Origin: an uncultured Candidatus Saccharibacteria bacterium
GTDB lineage: Bacteria; Patescibacteriota; Minisyncoccia; UBA6257; 1-14-0-10-44-23
Direction: 5' to 3'
Assembly (NCBI GenBank): GCA_964641225.1
Contig: CAZXKC010000006.1
Location: forward strand, 1 to 59,546
DNA length: 59,546 nt
Positions within the stretch are counted from its first letter, which is position 1. The number at the start of each line of letters is the position of its first letter. The notes beneath the pieces were generated by a model. It was given only the letters and a program-made list of their open reading frames with translations, did no database searches and was not told the origin of the DNA. Both the position numbers and the translations under genes were made by a program. This document shows, piece after piece, positions 41,333 to 51,069 of the stretch.

Positions 41333-42970
41333 TTAGGATTTTTCAGGATCATATCCTTCTTCTGCGGGAAGGACGCTTTTTTGTTTCTTGAAATATCGAA
41401 CTGCAAGCCATGCGCCGCCAGCAACTGCGGCTACGACCCCTGCGGTTACAATGTAGGCAGTGGTGTGTGTAGGGGGCGTGAGCAATACAGTTTTTGCCGG
41501 TGCAACTTTTATAAACGTACCATCTTCATTAGCGGCGTAGACAATGATTGTATGTGTGCCGTCTGCCAAGCCTTCGATGTCTTTACTGGTTGTTCCTGCT
41601 GGAACAGTAATTGTTTTTTCGAGCTTATGGTTCTGATCAAAAATATCAATACGATATCCGTATTGCGATCCGCCTCCCTGCGCGGCGGGCCAGCTTACGT
41701 TCGTACCGCCACCCTGCCCCGGGTTTGTGTTGATGCCGGGATTACTCGAAGAACCTCCCGGTGATCCATCTGGAGGATTATTCGACGAGCCGCTCGTGCC
41801 TGGTCCTGTTGCGCCTCCCGGAGTGGTTGAGGTTGATGCGGGCGTCGTACTACTCGGAGTACCGGGTGGGTTGCTCGTTCCTCCTGGGTTGTTGTCAGTT
41901 GGCGGATTACTTGGAGGATTTGAAGGTGGGTTGCCTGGCGGAGTTGAGGGTGGCGTTGAGGTTGATGCGGGAGGATCTTGAGGCGGCGGGTTTGTTGGTG
42001 GTTCGGTGGACGGAGTAGCTGATCCGGCCGGCGTCCTAAACGCAATTGTATACGTAGTTAATACAATTTGGTTACCCGGGCTTGAAAACATATCGGCAAA
42101 ATAATTGGTTGCTCCCTGAAGCCCGCTTACAATAACGGTGTGTTCGAGCTCAAGTGTCTGATCTGTGTTGCCGGCGATCGTATAGAGCGGGTTAAGCTGA
42201 GTGCGAATGCCTACGCGTGCATCAGTGGCGACATTAGTGGTCCAGGCAACTGTCACGGTGCTTGGGGTGCTCGTGACAATTCGCGCATTGGTGATTATGA
42301 TGCTATTTTCTTGCTCTTGTATTGTTGATGTTGAATTAGACGGTGCTTGAATGGTGCTGCTTGCATCACTGTTGTATGCGCCCTGGCTTATCGGCGCATA
42401 CAGCGCCAGCTTAAAAGTGAAGGGTTGTTGGTTTTGGCCGATTTTTGCGACACCGTTTTGGTATTCGCTTGTGAAGCTTCGATTGTGTTCGATTGATAAA
42501 ATACGGTCTGCATAATACATGCCCAGACCGGAGAGGTTGGAAGTAATTTGTAGGCTGTATGTTTCACCAGTGATAACCGGGATCGGGGTTTGGATTTCAA
42601 AATGAACTTTATTACCTCCGGCGATCTGTGCGAGATGGGGAATCGAGGCGTTGATAATTCCAATCTCTTGCTGGCTTGCATCAAATAATGTCAGCGTAAC
42701 GGGGCCTGATGAGCCGGTGTTATCAACCCATAGATCAAGTCCTGTCAGCGTTGTCGTCAGTGGCGATTGGAATATTTCATAGACTGGTCCTGCGGCCGTA
42801 TTCATGGCAAAGCGTTGTGATTGCCAGGAGTCAGGGGCAAATTCAAAAATAACGCTGTCGGCATGGGCGAGCAGAGGAGTAACAATAAGTAGCAACGTTA
42901 ATAAGGCAGTGAAACGCTTCACCTTCTTATCATACCACTTGCTAATGAGGCTGGCGGGTGTAATCACCAA
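41333..42970 (-). CDS. Secreted, C-terminally anchored protein with a Pro/Thr/Ser/Gly-rich low-complexity region
   Basis: The ORF opens at TTG. The in-frame GTG at 42922 gives a signal peptide (MKRFTALLTLLLIVTPLLAHA) and removes the overlap with the upstream gene. Fn3/Ig-like beta regions and a C-terminal TM segment. Confidence 0.7.
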   Translation of the reverse strand: MVITPASLISKWYDKKVKRFTALLTLLLIVTPLLAHADSVIFEFAPDSWQSQRFAMNTAAGPVYEIFQSPLTTTLTGLDLWVDNTGSSGPVTLTLFDASQQEIGIINASIPHLAQIAGGNKVHFEIQTPIPVITGETYSLQITSNLSGLGMYYADRILSIEHNRSFTSEYQNGVAKIGQNQQPFTFKLALYAPISQGAYNSDASSTIQAPSNSTSTIQEQENSIIITNARIVTSTPSTVTVAWTTNVATDARVGIRTQLNPLYTIAGNTDQTLELEHTVIVSGLQGATNYFADMFSSPGNQIVLTTYTIAFRTPAGSATPSTEPPTNPPPQDPPASTSTPPSTPPGNPPSNPPSNPPTDNNPGGTSNPPGTPSSTTPASTSTTPGGATGPGTSGSSNNPPDGSPGGSSSNPGINTNPGQGGGTNVSWPAAQGGGSQYGYRIDIFDQNHKLEKTITVPAGTTSKDIEGLADGTHTIIVYAANEDGTFIKVAPAKTVLLTPPTHTTAYIVTAGVVAAVAGGAWLAVRYFKKQKSVLPAEEGYDPEKS

Positions 42971-43601
42971 GATGAGCGTGATCGTTGATAGTGATTAGGT
43001 TCCAGTCCTTCTTTTTGTTTTTTTCAAGCGTAGCTACAGTAATACCGGTATTGTTAAGAGATGTTGCGTAAAAGAAATCCGATGCTATTTTACCGCTTAC
43101 ATCCTCTCCGTGAATCATAACTGCGAATAATACCTTGAGTAGTCGTGCGTGACTCACCACCAGAATATATTGGTAGTCTAATGTCGCAAGATGATTAAGA
43201 AATTCTGCCGCGCGAGTTCTAATTTCTTGAAAGCTTTCTTCGTCGCTATGCTTCCAGCTTGCGTTTGCGCCTGCGGCCCAATGCTGCTCGATAAGATCAC
43301 GTACTGCAACTGCCTCCGGGTCTTTTTTGAGTTTGCCGTCAAGACTGCTGGGCCATCTGAATTCGCCGATAAGATTATCCTTTCTGATTTGTAATGATTT
43401 ATCCTCAGCAATCGTTTCTGCAGTTTGCTTTGCGCGCGCATACGGGCTGGTGATTATGTGATCTACAGGAATAGATTCAAAACGTGCTGCTAATATTCGG
43501 GCTTGTTCGCGTCCTTTTTCAGTCAGGGGTTCATCTGGGGTTTGCTGCGTTCCATTTTGATTAGAAACACATTCTCCATGTCTTACAAAATATACTTTCA
43601 T
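42942..43601 (-). CDS. Histidine phosphatase family protein (phosphoglycerate mutase-like)
   Basis: N-terminal VRHGE motif and distal VSHA motif. Confidence 0.8.
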   Translation of the reverse strand: MKVYFVRHGECVSNQNGTQQTPDEPLTEKGREQARILAARFESIPVDHIITSPYARAKQTAETIAEDKSLQIRKDNLIGEFRWPSSLDGKLKKDPEAVAVRDLIEQHWAAGANASWKHSDEESFQEIRTRAAEFLNHLATLDYQYILVVSHARLLKVLFAVMIHGEDVSGKIASDFFYATSLNNTGITVATLEKNKKKDWNLITINDHAHLGDYTRQPH

Positions 43602-43602
43602 A

Positions 43603-45375
43603 CTAGTATGCTGCGCGAAGCGCGTTAAGGGTTACGCCGACGTCGATAATTTCTTGAATTGTTGCCGCGGCAACCGGAGTAATGAGGCCTAAAGAGGCGA
43701 GCGCCATACCGATTACTGATAATCCGATACCGATAACGATACTTTGCAGCGCGATTTGTGTCGCACGATGAGAGAGCGCCAATGTTTCGCCTACAAGCAA
43801 AACATCGTGGCTCAAAATTGCCGTACTCGCTGCTTCAATTGAAGCACTATTTTCTGTGCCTGAAAAGACGATGCCTGCATCTGCGAGTGCGAGTGCCGGC
43901 GCGTCGTTAAGGCCGTCACCAACCATTACGACGACTTCGCCGGCTGCGCGTGCTGCTTTTACAATTTCAAATTTTCGTTCTGGCGTTGCGCGTGCATAGA
44001 TCTTTGCGCCGCTATTGCCGAATAAGCGCATGGCATTTTCCTCTGAGTCGCCAGTGATGATTGCAACCTTATATTTTTTCGTGATCGTCGCAAGAAACTG
44101 TGCAGCATTTTGCTTGAGCTCGTCTGAAAACAAGAAGCGGGCAAGGCGAGTGCCACCCTTCATCATATCGAGAGCTATGCCACCCTCCGTTGTTTCCACA
44201 CTTTTTAAAAGTTGATATTGCACTCCGTCAACTGAGCCCGTGATGCCTTCACCGATTTTCTCAGTAACCTGTTTAGCAACTAACTCCGGCAGACTACGCC
44301 GGCTACGCTCGGCGGTAATTGCGCGCGCGAGCGGGTGCAGCGAGTGAAGCTCTATGGCCGCTGCGATGACGAGTACGTGCGCCTCATCAATATTTTTATT
44401 GTAGAGTTTGATTTCTGTCAGTGTCGGCGTTCCCAGTGTCAGGGTTCCTGTTTTATCAAAAAATAATGTTGTTGCGCGGCTTAATACTTCGAGCACAGAA
44501 GGCTTTTTAATAATGATTGTTTTTTTCGCTGCTTTGCTCATGCCTCCAAGAAAGGCGATTGGCGCGGCAATTAAGAGTGGGCAAGGTGTTGCAATCGCGA
44601 GCACTGCTAATGTTCGGGCCAGATCGCGTGTAATCAGATATGTTGCGCCAGCGGTGACAAGCGCGATAACAGTAAATGGCCAGTTAAATTTTTGGGCAAG
44701 ACGAACAATGCGCGCAGGGTGTTTTTTTGTTTCTTCAACGAGTTTAATAATTTTTTGATAGCTTGATGTTTCAAAGGTACCTGAGGTTTCTAATTCAAAT
44801 GATCCCCCGGTATTTACTGACCCGCTTTTGATAAAGTCACTGATTTTAAGTTCGACCGGAAGGCTTTCGCCGGTTAAGTTTGCTTCATTGATAGTTGCAT
44901 GTTGTGAGCGCAGGAAACCATCAAGCGGAATAAGTTCATTGGTTTTTACGAAAATAATTGAGCCTTCAGTAACATCCTGAATAGGCATCTCTTTAAATCC
45001 GCCCGCATGCTTGACCAGCACATTTTTTGGTAGGCGATCTAATAACGCGCGCAGCGATGCCTCGGCTCGATCTGATCCAAATTCTTCGAGTGCGCCCGAG
45101 AGCGTGATCATGAGCGCAACGATTGCGCCGGCGAGATAGTACTCTGACGAGAGCAGGGCTGTGGCCATGGCGAGCATGGCAATGTAGTCGAGCGACCAGC
45201 GTCCTTCGCGCACTTTCTCAATTGATTCAATAAGCAGCTTTAAAAGTCCGAGCGCGATCGCGGCAATATAAATAACTGGCTGCGAGGCTATGGCTGCAGC
45301 AATAGTGACGGCGAGAATAAGCGCGGGAACGGCGAAGAGGGAGTTTTTGCGTATAAATGTAGGCAGGCTGTGCAT
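43603..45375 (-). CDS. P-type (P1B-like, heavy-metal/cation) ATPase without an N-terminal metal-binding domain
   Basis: DKTGTLT phosphorylation site, GDGLNDAPAL hinge and TPCPL in the TM region. Confidence 0.85.
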   Translation of the reverse strand: MHSLPTFIRKNSLFAVPALILAVTIAAAIASQPVIYIAAIALGLLKLLIESIEKVREGRWSLDYIAMLAMATALLSSEYYLAGAIVALMITLSGALEEFGSDRAEASLRALLDRLPKNVLVKHAGGFKEMPIQDVTEGSIIFVKTNELIPLDGFLRSQHATINEANLTGESLPVELKISDFIKSGSVNTGGSFELETSGTFETSSYQKIIKLVEETKKHPARIVRLAQKFNWPFTVIALVTAGATYLITRDLARTLAVLAIATPCPLLIAAPIAFLGGMSKAAKKTIIIKKPSVLEVLSRATTLFFDKTGTLTLGTPTLTEIKLYNKNIDEAHVLVIAAAIELHSLHPLARAITAERSRRSLPELVAKQVTEKIGEGITGSVDGVQYQLLKSVETTEGGIALDMMKGGTRLARFLFSDELKQNAAQFLATITKKYKVAIITGDSEENAMRLFGNSGAKIYARATPERKFEIVKAARAAGEVVVMVGDGLNDAPALALADAGIVFSGTENSASIEAASTAILSHDVLLVGETLALSHRATQIALQSIVIGIGLSVIGMALASLGLITPVAAATIQEIIDVGVTLNALRAAY

Positions 45376-45439
45376 AATGTTCCGTTATAATAGCTTTTTT
45401 CGGCTGCTTCGGCAAAAGTAAGCATGGTATTATAAAGTC

Positions 45440-45781
45440 ATGAGCCCATTTACTGAGGAACGACCATGGGGTAATTTTCGTCATTTTACGGCCCAAGAGC
45501 CTGTAACAGTTAAAATTTTGAATATTAAAGCAGGGCAGGCATTTAGTCTGCAGTTTCATCACAAGCGTGAAGAATTTTGGCATGTGATTAGCGGAACTCC
45601 GAAGATAACTGCTGGCAAAAAAATAGTTGCTGCAAAACCTGGTGATGAATTTTTTATAGCGAAAGAAGCTCAACACCGCATTGAAGCAGGCAATACAGAC
45701 GCTCACGTGTTAGAAATTTCTTTTGGCGAGTTTGATGAAAACGATATCGTAAGACTTAAGGATAACTATGGCCGTGCGTAA
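45440..45781 (+). CDS. Cupin domain protein, type II phosphomannose isomerase C-terminal-like
   Basis: ERPWGNF ... SLQFHHKREEFWHV motif. TGgTATTAT lies 6 nt before the ATG. Confidence 0.65.
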   Translation: MSPFTEERPWGNFRHFTAQEPVTVKILNIKAGQAFSLQFHHKREEFWHVISGTPKITAGKKIVAAKPGDEFFIAKEAQHRIEAGNTDAHVLEISFGEFDENDIVRLKDNYGRA

Positions 45782-46916
45782 GAAGAAAATTATTACTCGA
45801 ACGAAGAACCTGAAGAAAACAAAAGCAGCCCGCCGTGGCGGGCAAGTCGGCAGTGTTGTTAAACGCGCAGTGCGTAAAGTTCTACTAAAACGACAGCTAA
45901 AAGCGCCTGTCAAAAAACATCAGCTTGTTCGTGCCCCGCATAATCCGATTATCACCCCTAGTCATCAGGACTGGGAGTCGCGAGCAACATTTAATCCGGC
46001 AGCAGTTGCGTATAAAGACAACGTACACGTACTTTACCGTGCTGTTGGCGCGGATGATCGTTCGGTCTTGGGTTATGCTTCGAGCAGTGATGGGCTTTCG
46101 GTTAATCACCGGTGGCCGATGCCGGTCTATGACCAAGGAATTCCGCGGGTTCCAAAAAGTTTGATAAAAATTCCGTACAGTTCTGGGGGAGGAACCAGTG
46201 GCGGCTGTGAGGATCCGCGGATAACCGTTATCGACGACACATTGTATCTGATTTATACCGCTTTTGACGGGTGGGGGTCGTTGCGGCTTGCGCTGACTTC
46301 GATCACTATAGATGACTTTATTAATCATCGTTGGAATTGGGAGCATCCGGTGATGATTTCGCCGCCCGGACAAATTCATAAAAATTGGGTGTTGTTTCCG
46401 GAAAAAATTCAGGGTCAGTATGCGCTTTTGCATAGCATTTCGCCCGAGGTGCAAATTGCATATTTTGATAGCTTGGATCATTTGGACGGTACACGATTTG
46501 TAACAAGCGTGTTTAGAAGTAGTGCTCCACGTAAAGGAGCGTGGGATAGTTGGATGCGTGGCGTTGGCCCGCCGCCGCTTAAAACTAATTACGGTTGGCT
46601 TGTGTTGTATCACGCCATGGATTTCCGCGACCCGAATCGATACAAGCTTGGCGCGATGATTTTAGATTTAAACGATCCATCGAAAATTTTATATCGGGCG
46701 CAACAGCCAATTCTGGAGCCGGACGCGTATTATGAAAATCAAGGATTTAAGTCAGGGGTTATATATTCGTGCGGGGCGGTGATTAAGGAGGGGCAGTTGA
46801 TCGTATATTATGGGGGTGCTGATACGGTTGTCTGTGTTGCCTCTGCAAAACTTGATGAGTTTTTGGGCCAATTGGTCGGACAGGGTAATCCGCGATTAAC
46901 TATTAGATCAAAATAA
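45768..46916 (+). CDS. Glycoside hydrolase family 130 (mannoside phosphorylase-like) with a ~60-aa basic N-terminal tail
   Basis: NPIITP..WESRATFNPAA, GCEDPRIT, GWLVLYHA and YYGGADT motifs typical of GH130. Confidence 0.85.
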   Translation: MAVRKKKIITRTKNLKKTKAARRGGQVGSVVKRAVRKVLLKRQLKAPVKKHQLVRAPHNPIITPSHQDWESRATFNPAAVAYKDNVHVLYRAVGADDRSVLGYASSSDGLSVNHRWPMPVYDQGIPRVPKSLIKIPYSSGGGTSGGCEDPRITVIDDTLYLIYTAFDGWGSLRLALTSITIDDFINHRWNWEHPVMISPPGQIHKNWVLFPEKIQGQYALLHSISPEVQIAYFDSLDHLDGTRFVTSVFRSSAPRKGAWDSWMRGVGPPPLKTNYGWLVLYHAMDFRDPNRYKLGAMILDLNDPSKILYRAQQPILEPDAYYENQGFKSGVIYSCGAVIKEGQLIVYYGGADTVVCVASAKLDEFLGQLVGQGNPRLTIRSK

Positions 46917-48841
46917 TGGAAACTTTTTTTAGACGTTCATACGAAAATCCGATCCTCGTGCCTCGGTACGAGGTTGAGTGGGATGCTCAGGGCGCCTTTA
47001 ACGGCTGTCCGGTTAAAGATGGAAAATACACGCATATGGTGTATCGCGCGCAGAGTGCGCCCCAATCTGTAGGAGGGGTCATGATGAGTTTGTCGACAAT
47101 TGGCTATGCCCGCAGCACTGATGGTATTCATTTTCCTGAACGCCGGCAATTAATTGTGCCCAGTGAATCCTGGGATCAATTTGGCTGCGAAGATCCTCGA
47201 ATTACAAAATTAGGGGATACGTTTTACATTTTTTATACCGCACTTGGTGGCTATCCATTTAATGCGGACAATATTAAAGTTGCTGTTGCTACTACAAAGG
47301 ATTTTAAAAAGATACTCAGCAAACATTTAGTCACGCCATTTAACGCAAAGGCGATGGTGTTATTTCCGGAAAAAATTGGTAAGCAGTATGCGGCCATGCT
47401 TACCGTACACACTGACCGTCCGCCGACTCAGATTTGTTTGGCACTGTTTGATCGGATTGAAGACATTTGGTCAAAAGACTATTGGGATGCGTGGTATGGG
47501 ACATTGCCTGCTCATTTAGTCGGAATTCGTAAATCAATTAACGATCATATGGAGGTCGGAGCGCCGCCGCTTAAAACAAAGCAGGGTTGGCTGTTCTTTT
47601 ATTCATACATTGAAAATTATTTTTCTCCACCGGCGACCTTCGGCGTGCACGCTGCACTGCTTGATTTGCATAATCCGGCTAAAGTTTTGGGTCGAAGTAT
47701 GGAGCCGCTGCTCACGCCGAAAGAGGAGTACGAACGATTCGGCGCAGTTCCGAATATTGTTTTTCCGACCGGCGCACTCATTAATTGGAGGAGTTTGACG
47801 CTCTACTACGGTGCAGCCGATACAACGACTTCGATTGCTAATCTTTCAGTGTCTGCACTTATCAAAGAATTGCTCGCGCCAAAGCAGCGCGTGGCGCAAT
47901 TACAGCGTTTTGCCGGTAACCCGATTTTACGCCCAGAGCCAACCCATCCCTGGGAGGCAAAGGCGGTATACAACACCGCGGCGATCATGATCAATGATGT
48001 CGTTCACCTTATATATCGCGGCCAATCGCCAGATAATACTTCTGTGTTTGGCTACGCCCGCAGTGATGACGGCTATAACATTAGCGAGCGTTGGCCCGAA
48101 CCTGTGTATGTTCCTCGGGCACCGTTTGAACAAAAATTAATTGAGGGTGGTAATTCTGGTTGTGAAGATCCGCGCCTAACCCGAATAGGGGACGTAATTT
48201 ATATGCTCTATACGGCGTATAACGGTAAAGATTTACCACACATCGCGCTTACATCGATTTTGGTTTCCGATTTTTTGGCTAAGCGCTGGAAGTGGGCGAC
48301 ACCAGTACTCATTTCTAAAATGGATGCTGATGACAAGGATGCAGCTGTGTTTCCGAAACTATTCAATGGAAAATATGGTGTATTTCACAGGTTGGACGGC
48401 AACATCTGGCTTGATTTTGTCGATGAGCTCTACGCAGTTTGGAAAAAGCCGCTTGAAGGAAAGGTGATTATGACTCCTCGAACGAGCATGCACGACAGCC
48501 GTAAAATCGGCATTGCCGGTCCACCGATTGAAACTGATGACGGCTGGCTCCTTATTTATCACGGCGTGTCACGCCGCGACGATCACCACTATCACTTGCG
48601 CGCGGCATTGCTTGATAAAAAGGATCCGACAAAGGTGCTCGCGCGCACCAAGGACGAAATTTTAGATACGGAGACGGCCTACGAGCGCTACGGCATTGTC
48701 CCCAACGTTGTCTTCTCCTGTGGCGCGGTGGTTAAAAATGGTCAGCTGATTGTGTATTACGGCGCAGCCGACACAGTTATCGGCGTTGCTTCAATGCCAC
48801 TTGAGGAGTTGATGCAGAAGTTGCGGAGCGAAAAAGCGTAA
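46916..48841 (+). CDS. Tandem double GH130-domain protein
   Basis: Two complete copies of the GH130 motif set (GCEDPRITK / GCEDPRLTR and YYGAADT twice). Confidence 0.85.
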   Translation: METFFRRSYENPILVPRYEVEWDAQGAFNGCPVKDGKYTHMVYRAQSAPQSVGGVMMSLSTIGYARSTDGIHFPERRQLIVPSESWDQFGCEDPRITKLGDTFYIFYTALGGYPFNADNIKVAVATTKDFKKILSKHLVTPFNAKAMVLFPEKIGKQYAAMLTVHTDRPPTQICLALFDRIEDIWSKDYWDAWYGTLPAHLVGIRKSINDHMEVGAPPLKTKQGWLFFYSYIENYFSPPATFGVHAALLDLHNPAKVLGRSMEPLLTPKEEYERFGAVPNIVFPTGALINWRSLTLYYGAADTTTSIANLSVSALIKELLAPKQRVAQLQRFAGNPILRPEPTHPWEAKAVYNTAAIMINDVVHLIYRGQSPDNTSVFGYARSDDGYNISERWPEPVYVPRAPFEQKLIEGGNSGCEDPRLTRIGDVIYMLYTAYNGKDLPHIALTSILVSDFLAKRWKWATPVLISKMDADDKDAAVFPKLFNGKYGVFHRLDGNIWLDFVDELYAVWKKPLEGKVIMTPRTSMHDSRKIGIAGPPIETDDGWLLIYHGVSRRDDHHYHLRAALLDKKDPTKVLARTKDEILDTETAYERYGIVPNVVFSCGAVVKNGQLIVYYGAADTVIGVASMPLEELMQKLRSEKA

Positions 48842-48848
48842 CGCTCGA

Positions 48849-48910
48849 TTCGGGTTTCGCGCCCGGGCTCACCGCAAGCGGATGGTCGCGAAACCCGAAC
48901 CTTCGCTTTT
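48849..48910 (+). terminator. Rho-independent terminator after the GH130 genes
   Basis: 13-bp stem TTCGGGTTTCGCG / CGCGAAACCCGAA followed by CCTTCGCTTTT. Confidence 0.6.
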
Positions 48911-48925
48911 GAATGGGGGAACCTA

Positions 48926-48951
48926 AAAATATATCATATATGATATATTTT
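48926..48951. repeat. 26-bp perfect palindrome AAAATATATCATATATGATATATTTT (recurrent motif copy 4)
   Basis: Read directly. It lies between two convergent gene ends, with no gene start nearby. Confidence 0.9.
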
Positions 48952-48954
48952 CTT

Positions 48955-49500
48955 TTACACGTTTTTGTTGAACTCGCTGGCAAGCATGCTATAGCAGACG
49001 TTATCTAAGAATTTTCCATTTACGTTCTCAAATTGTCGGATAATGCCTTCTTGCTTAAATCCACAGCGTTCGATCACGGCTTTGCTTTTTTCATTGCCGA
49101 CTGCGTGATAGATTGCGACACGGTTGAGTTTGAGGTCTTCAAAGCAGTAGGCGAGTAATCGCTTCACGCAGGAGGTCATAATACCTTTTCCATTCGCATC
49201 TTGACTGAGCCAATACCCAATACTCGTTTTTTTATCCTGCTCATTGATTGCGTGTAGTCCAATCGCTCCGATGAAAGTTTCTTTGTGCCAAATTCCAAGA
49301 CTCATGCCGCCGTCTTTCGTGGCAATTTTTTCAATGAAGAATTTTTCATCAGCCACCGTTTTTGTTTTATCTACCCATGGCAACCAATCGCGTAAAAATT
49401 TTCGATTCTTCTCAATCAACGCAAAGGCAATTTCGGCGTCTTCCGGTCGAAGCTGAATCAATTCGATTTCGTCATTAACTTTGAGGCGGAGCGGTTCCAT
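48955..49500 (-). CDS. GNAT family N-acetyltransferase (RimJ/RimL-like)
   Basis: 181 aa. Acetyltransferase core (GKGIMTSCVKRLLAYCFEDLKLNRV). Confidence 0.8.
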   Translation of the reverse strand: MEPLRLKVNDEIELIQLRPEDAEIAFALIEKNRKFLRDWLPWVDKTKTVADEKFFIEKIATKDGGMSLGIWHKETFIGAIGLHAINEQDKKTSIGYWLSQDANGKGIMTSCVKRLLAYCFEDLKLNRVAIYHAVGNEKSKAVIERCGFKQEGIIRQFENVNGKFLDNVCYSMLASEFNKNV

Positions 49501-49502
49501 GA

Positions 49503-49994
49503 TTATTTATTCGGTAACGTATGACAAACTCGTGGATCGTCAGGATTTTTCAGGAAATATTTCTGGTGATACTCTTCGGCTTTCCAGAAGGTTGGCGCGG
49601 CAATGATCTCAGTAACAATTTTTTCGCTGAATTTTCCTGAGGCAGATAATTCTTTGATCACTTTTTCGGCTACAGCTTTTTGCTCAGGTGAGTGATAAAA
49701 AATAGCCGAGCGGTACTGGCTGCCGACATCCGGACCTTGGCGATTTACGGTTGTCGGGTCGTGTAGCTCAAAAAACGTGCGCACAAGTTGTTCGTAGGAA
49801 GTTTTGGTTGGATCAAACGTAATATTGACCGCCTCGGCGTGGCCGGTGTTTTCGTAGCAGACTTGTTTGTAGGTTACGTTATCAACGTGCCCGCCGGTGT
49901 AGCCGACTTCGGTTTCGATCACGCCCGGTTGTGTGCGAAAGATTTCTTCAACGCCCCAAAAGCAGCCCGCGGCAAAGGTTGCTAATTCGGTCAT
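49503..49994 (-). CDS. msrA: Peptide methionine (S)-S-oxide reductase
   Basis: GCFWG active-site motif, then GYTGG and HDPT. Confidence 0.92.
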   Translation of the reverse strand: MTELATFAAGCFWGVEEIFRTQPGVIETEVGYTGGHVDNVTYKQVCYENTGHAEAVNITFDPTKTSYEQLVRTFFELHDPTTVNRQGPDVGSQYRSAIFYHSPEQKAVAEKVIKELSASGKFSEKIVTEIIAAPTFWKAEEYHQKYFLKNPDDPRVCHTLPNK

Positions 49995-50359
49995 AGAACT
50001 GAAACAGTTGCGATGTAATAGAGAGTTATAAGTAGTGTAGTAAACGCAAGTAATAGGACGCCTCCGGCGGCCAGTTCTTTTACCTTTGCGATGCCCGGGT
50101 GGTGTTCTTGGACCAGCGCGTCAGCAAGTTCTTCGATCGCCGTGTTAAAAATCTCAGCAACGAGGGTGACGATAATCAAGATAATGATAATTATTCGGTC
50201 ATATGCGGCTACGCCAAATAGGGCGAGTAGGGTAACAGCGATGATGCCTGCGATGATTAAGAGTCGAAAGCTACGTTCTGTTGCTGCATGTGTCCAGCCG
50301 CGTATAGCTCCGGAAATGCTGGTTGCCAGTGATTGTTTTTCTTTTGTTGGGTGTGCCAT
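49991..50359 (-). CDS. dgkA: Diacylglycerol / undecaprenol kinase family protein
   Basis: 122 aa, 3 TM segments, [12 protein letters not shown] motif. TATACT lies 8 nt upstream of the ATG. Confidence 0.75.
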   Translation of the reverse strand: MAHPTKEKQSLATSISGAIRGWTHAATERSFRLLIIAGIIAVTLLALFGVAAYDRIIIIILIIVTLVAEIFNTAIEELADALVQEHHPGIAKVKELAAGGVLLLAFTTLLITLYYIATVSVL

Positions 50360-50381
50360 ATTTTTATAGTATACTGATTAA

Positions 50382-50651
50382 GACCCTATCTCACAATATC
50401 CTTGCCCCGTGTTGCTGTCCGTTTCTGCTCTCTGCTAGGAACGAGGAAAAGACAATATGCTTGAGCATAGGCTTTTCTGAGTAACGACGCAGACGACGAA
50501 ACGGGCTAGCAACCCTTCGGGACCTGATACATTTTCACCATCTCTATGTCGGGACATCCTCGAAGTAGGTAAACCTGCTCCTTGCAGTGTCCCTTCGTGA
50601 GTTGATGAAAATTGATCTAGGGCGTGGCCAATGTTATTGTGAGATAGGGTC
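50382..50651 (-). ncRNA. Repeated structured RNA element, full copy 2 (~270 nt)
   Basis: Perfect 17-bp closing helix (GACCCTATCTCACAATA / TATTGTGAGATAGGGTC). 50487-50567 is the exact reverse complement of 10149-10229. The variable hairpins differ from copy 1 but remain paired. Confidence 0.6.
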
Positions 50652-50705
50652 TAAGAGACGGCTGGGGAGTCGACAGCTGCCTACTAACGTTTTTACATTA
50701 TTACT

Positions 50706-50978
50706 ATGATGGATGGTAAAAAGTGCATGTGCACCACCATGATGATCGGTAAGTGGCTTATGATCATCGGTGCTATTAACTGGGGACTTGTCGGTTTGGG
50801 CTGGCTCTTTGGCGGCGCAGACTGGAACCTCGTTCACATGCTGCTTGGTAACTGGATGATGGTTGAGGCCATTGTCTACGTATTAGTTGGTGTGGCTGGT
50901 GTGATGAAAATCTTCGGCTGCCGCTGCAAAACCTGCATGGCCGGCAAGACCGGTATGATGGGTGAGCAGAAAATGTAA
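50706..50978 (+). CDS. DUF378 family small membrane protein with a Cys-rich C-terminus
   Basis: IGAINWGLVG motif and two TM segments. Confidence 0.7.
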   Translation: MMDGKKCMCTTMMIGKWLMIIGAINWGLVGLGWLFGGADWNLVHMLLGNWMMVEAIVYVLVGVAGVMKIFGCRCKTCMAGKTGMMGEQKM

Positions 50979-51069
50979 TGTATCTTCTCAGGGCTTGGCT
51001 AACCCCAAGCCCAGGGAAATCTGAGGGCGCCTTTTGTGGGCGTTTTATTTTTTCCTAATTATGCTATAG

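Noticed and set aside
41695-42045. Several overlapping ORFs on both strands inside the Pro-rich region of the 545-aa surface protein.
   Set aside because: They are a by-product of GC-rich low-complexity coding repeats. Only the long minus-strand frame has a signal peptide and a C-terminal anchor.
45897-46613. 238-aa minus-strand ORF.
   Set aside because: It is antisense to the GH130 gene, whose family motifs are unambiguous.
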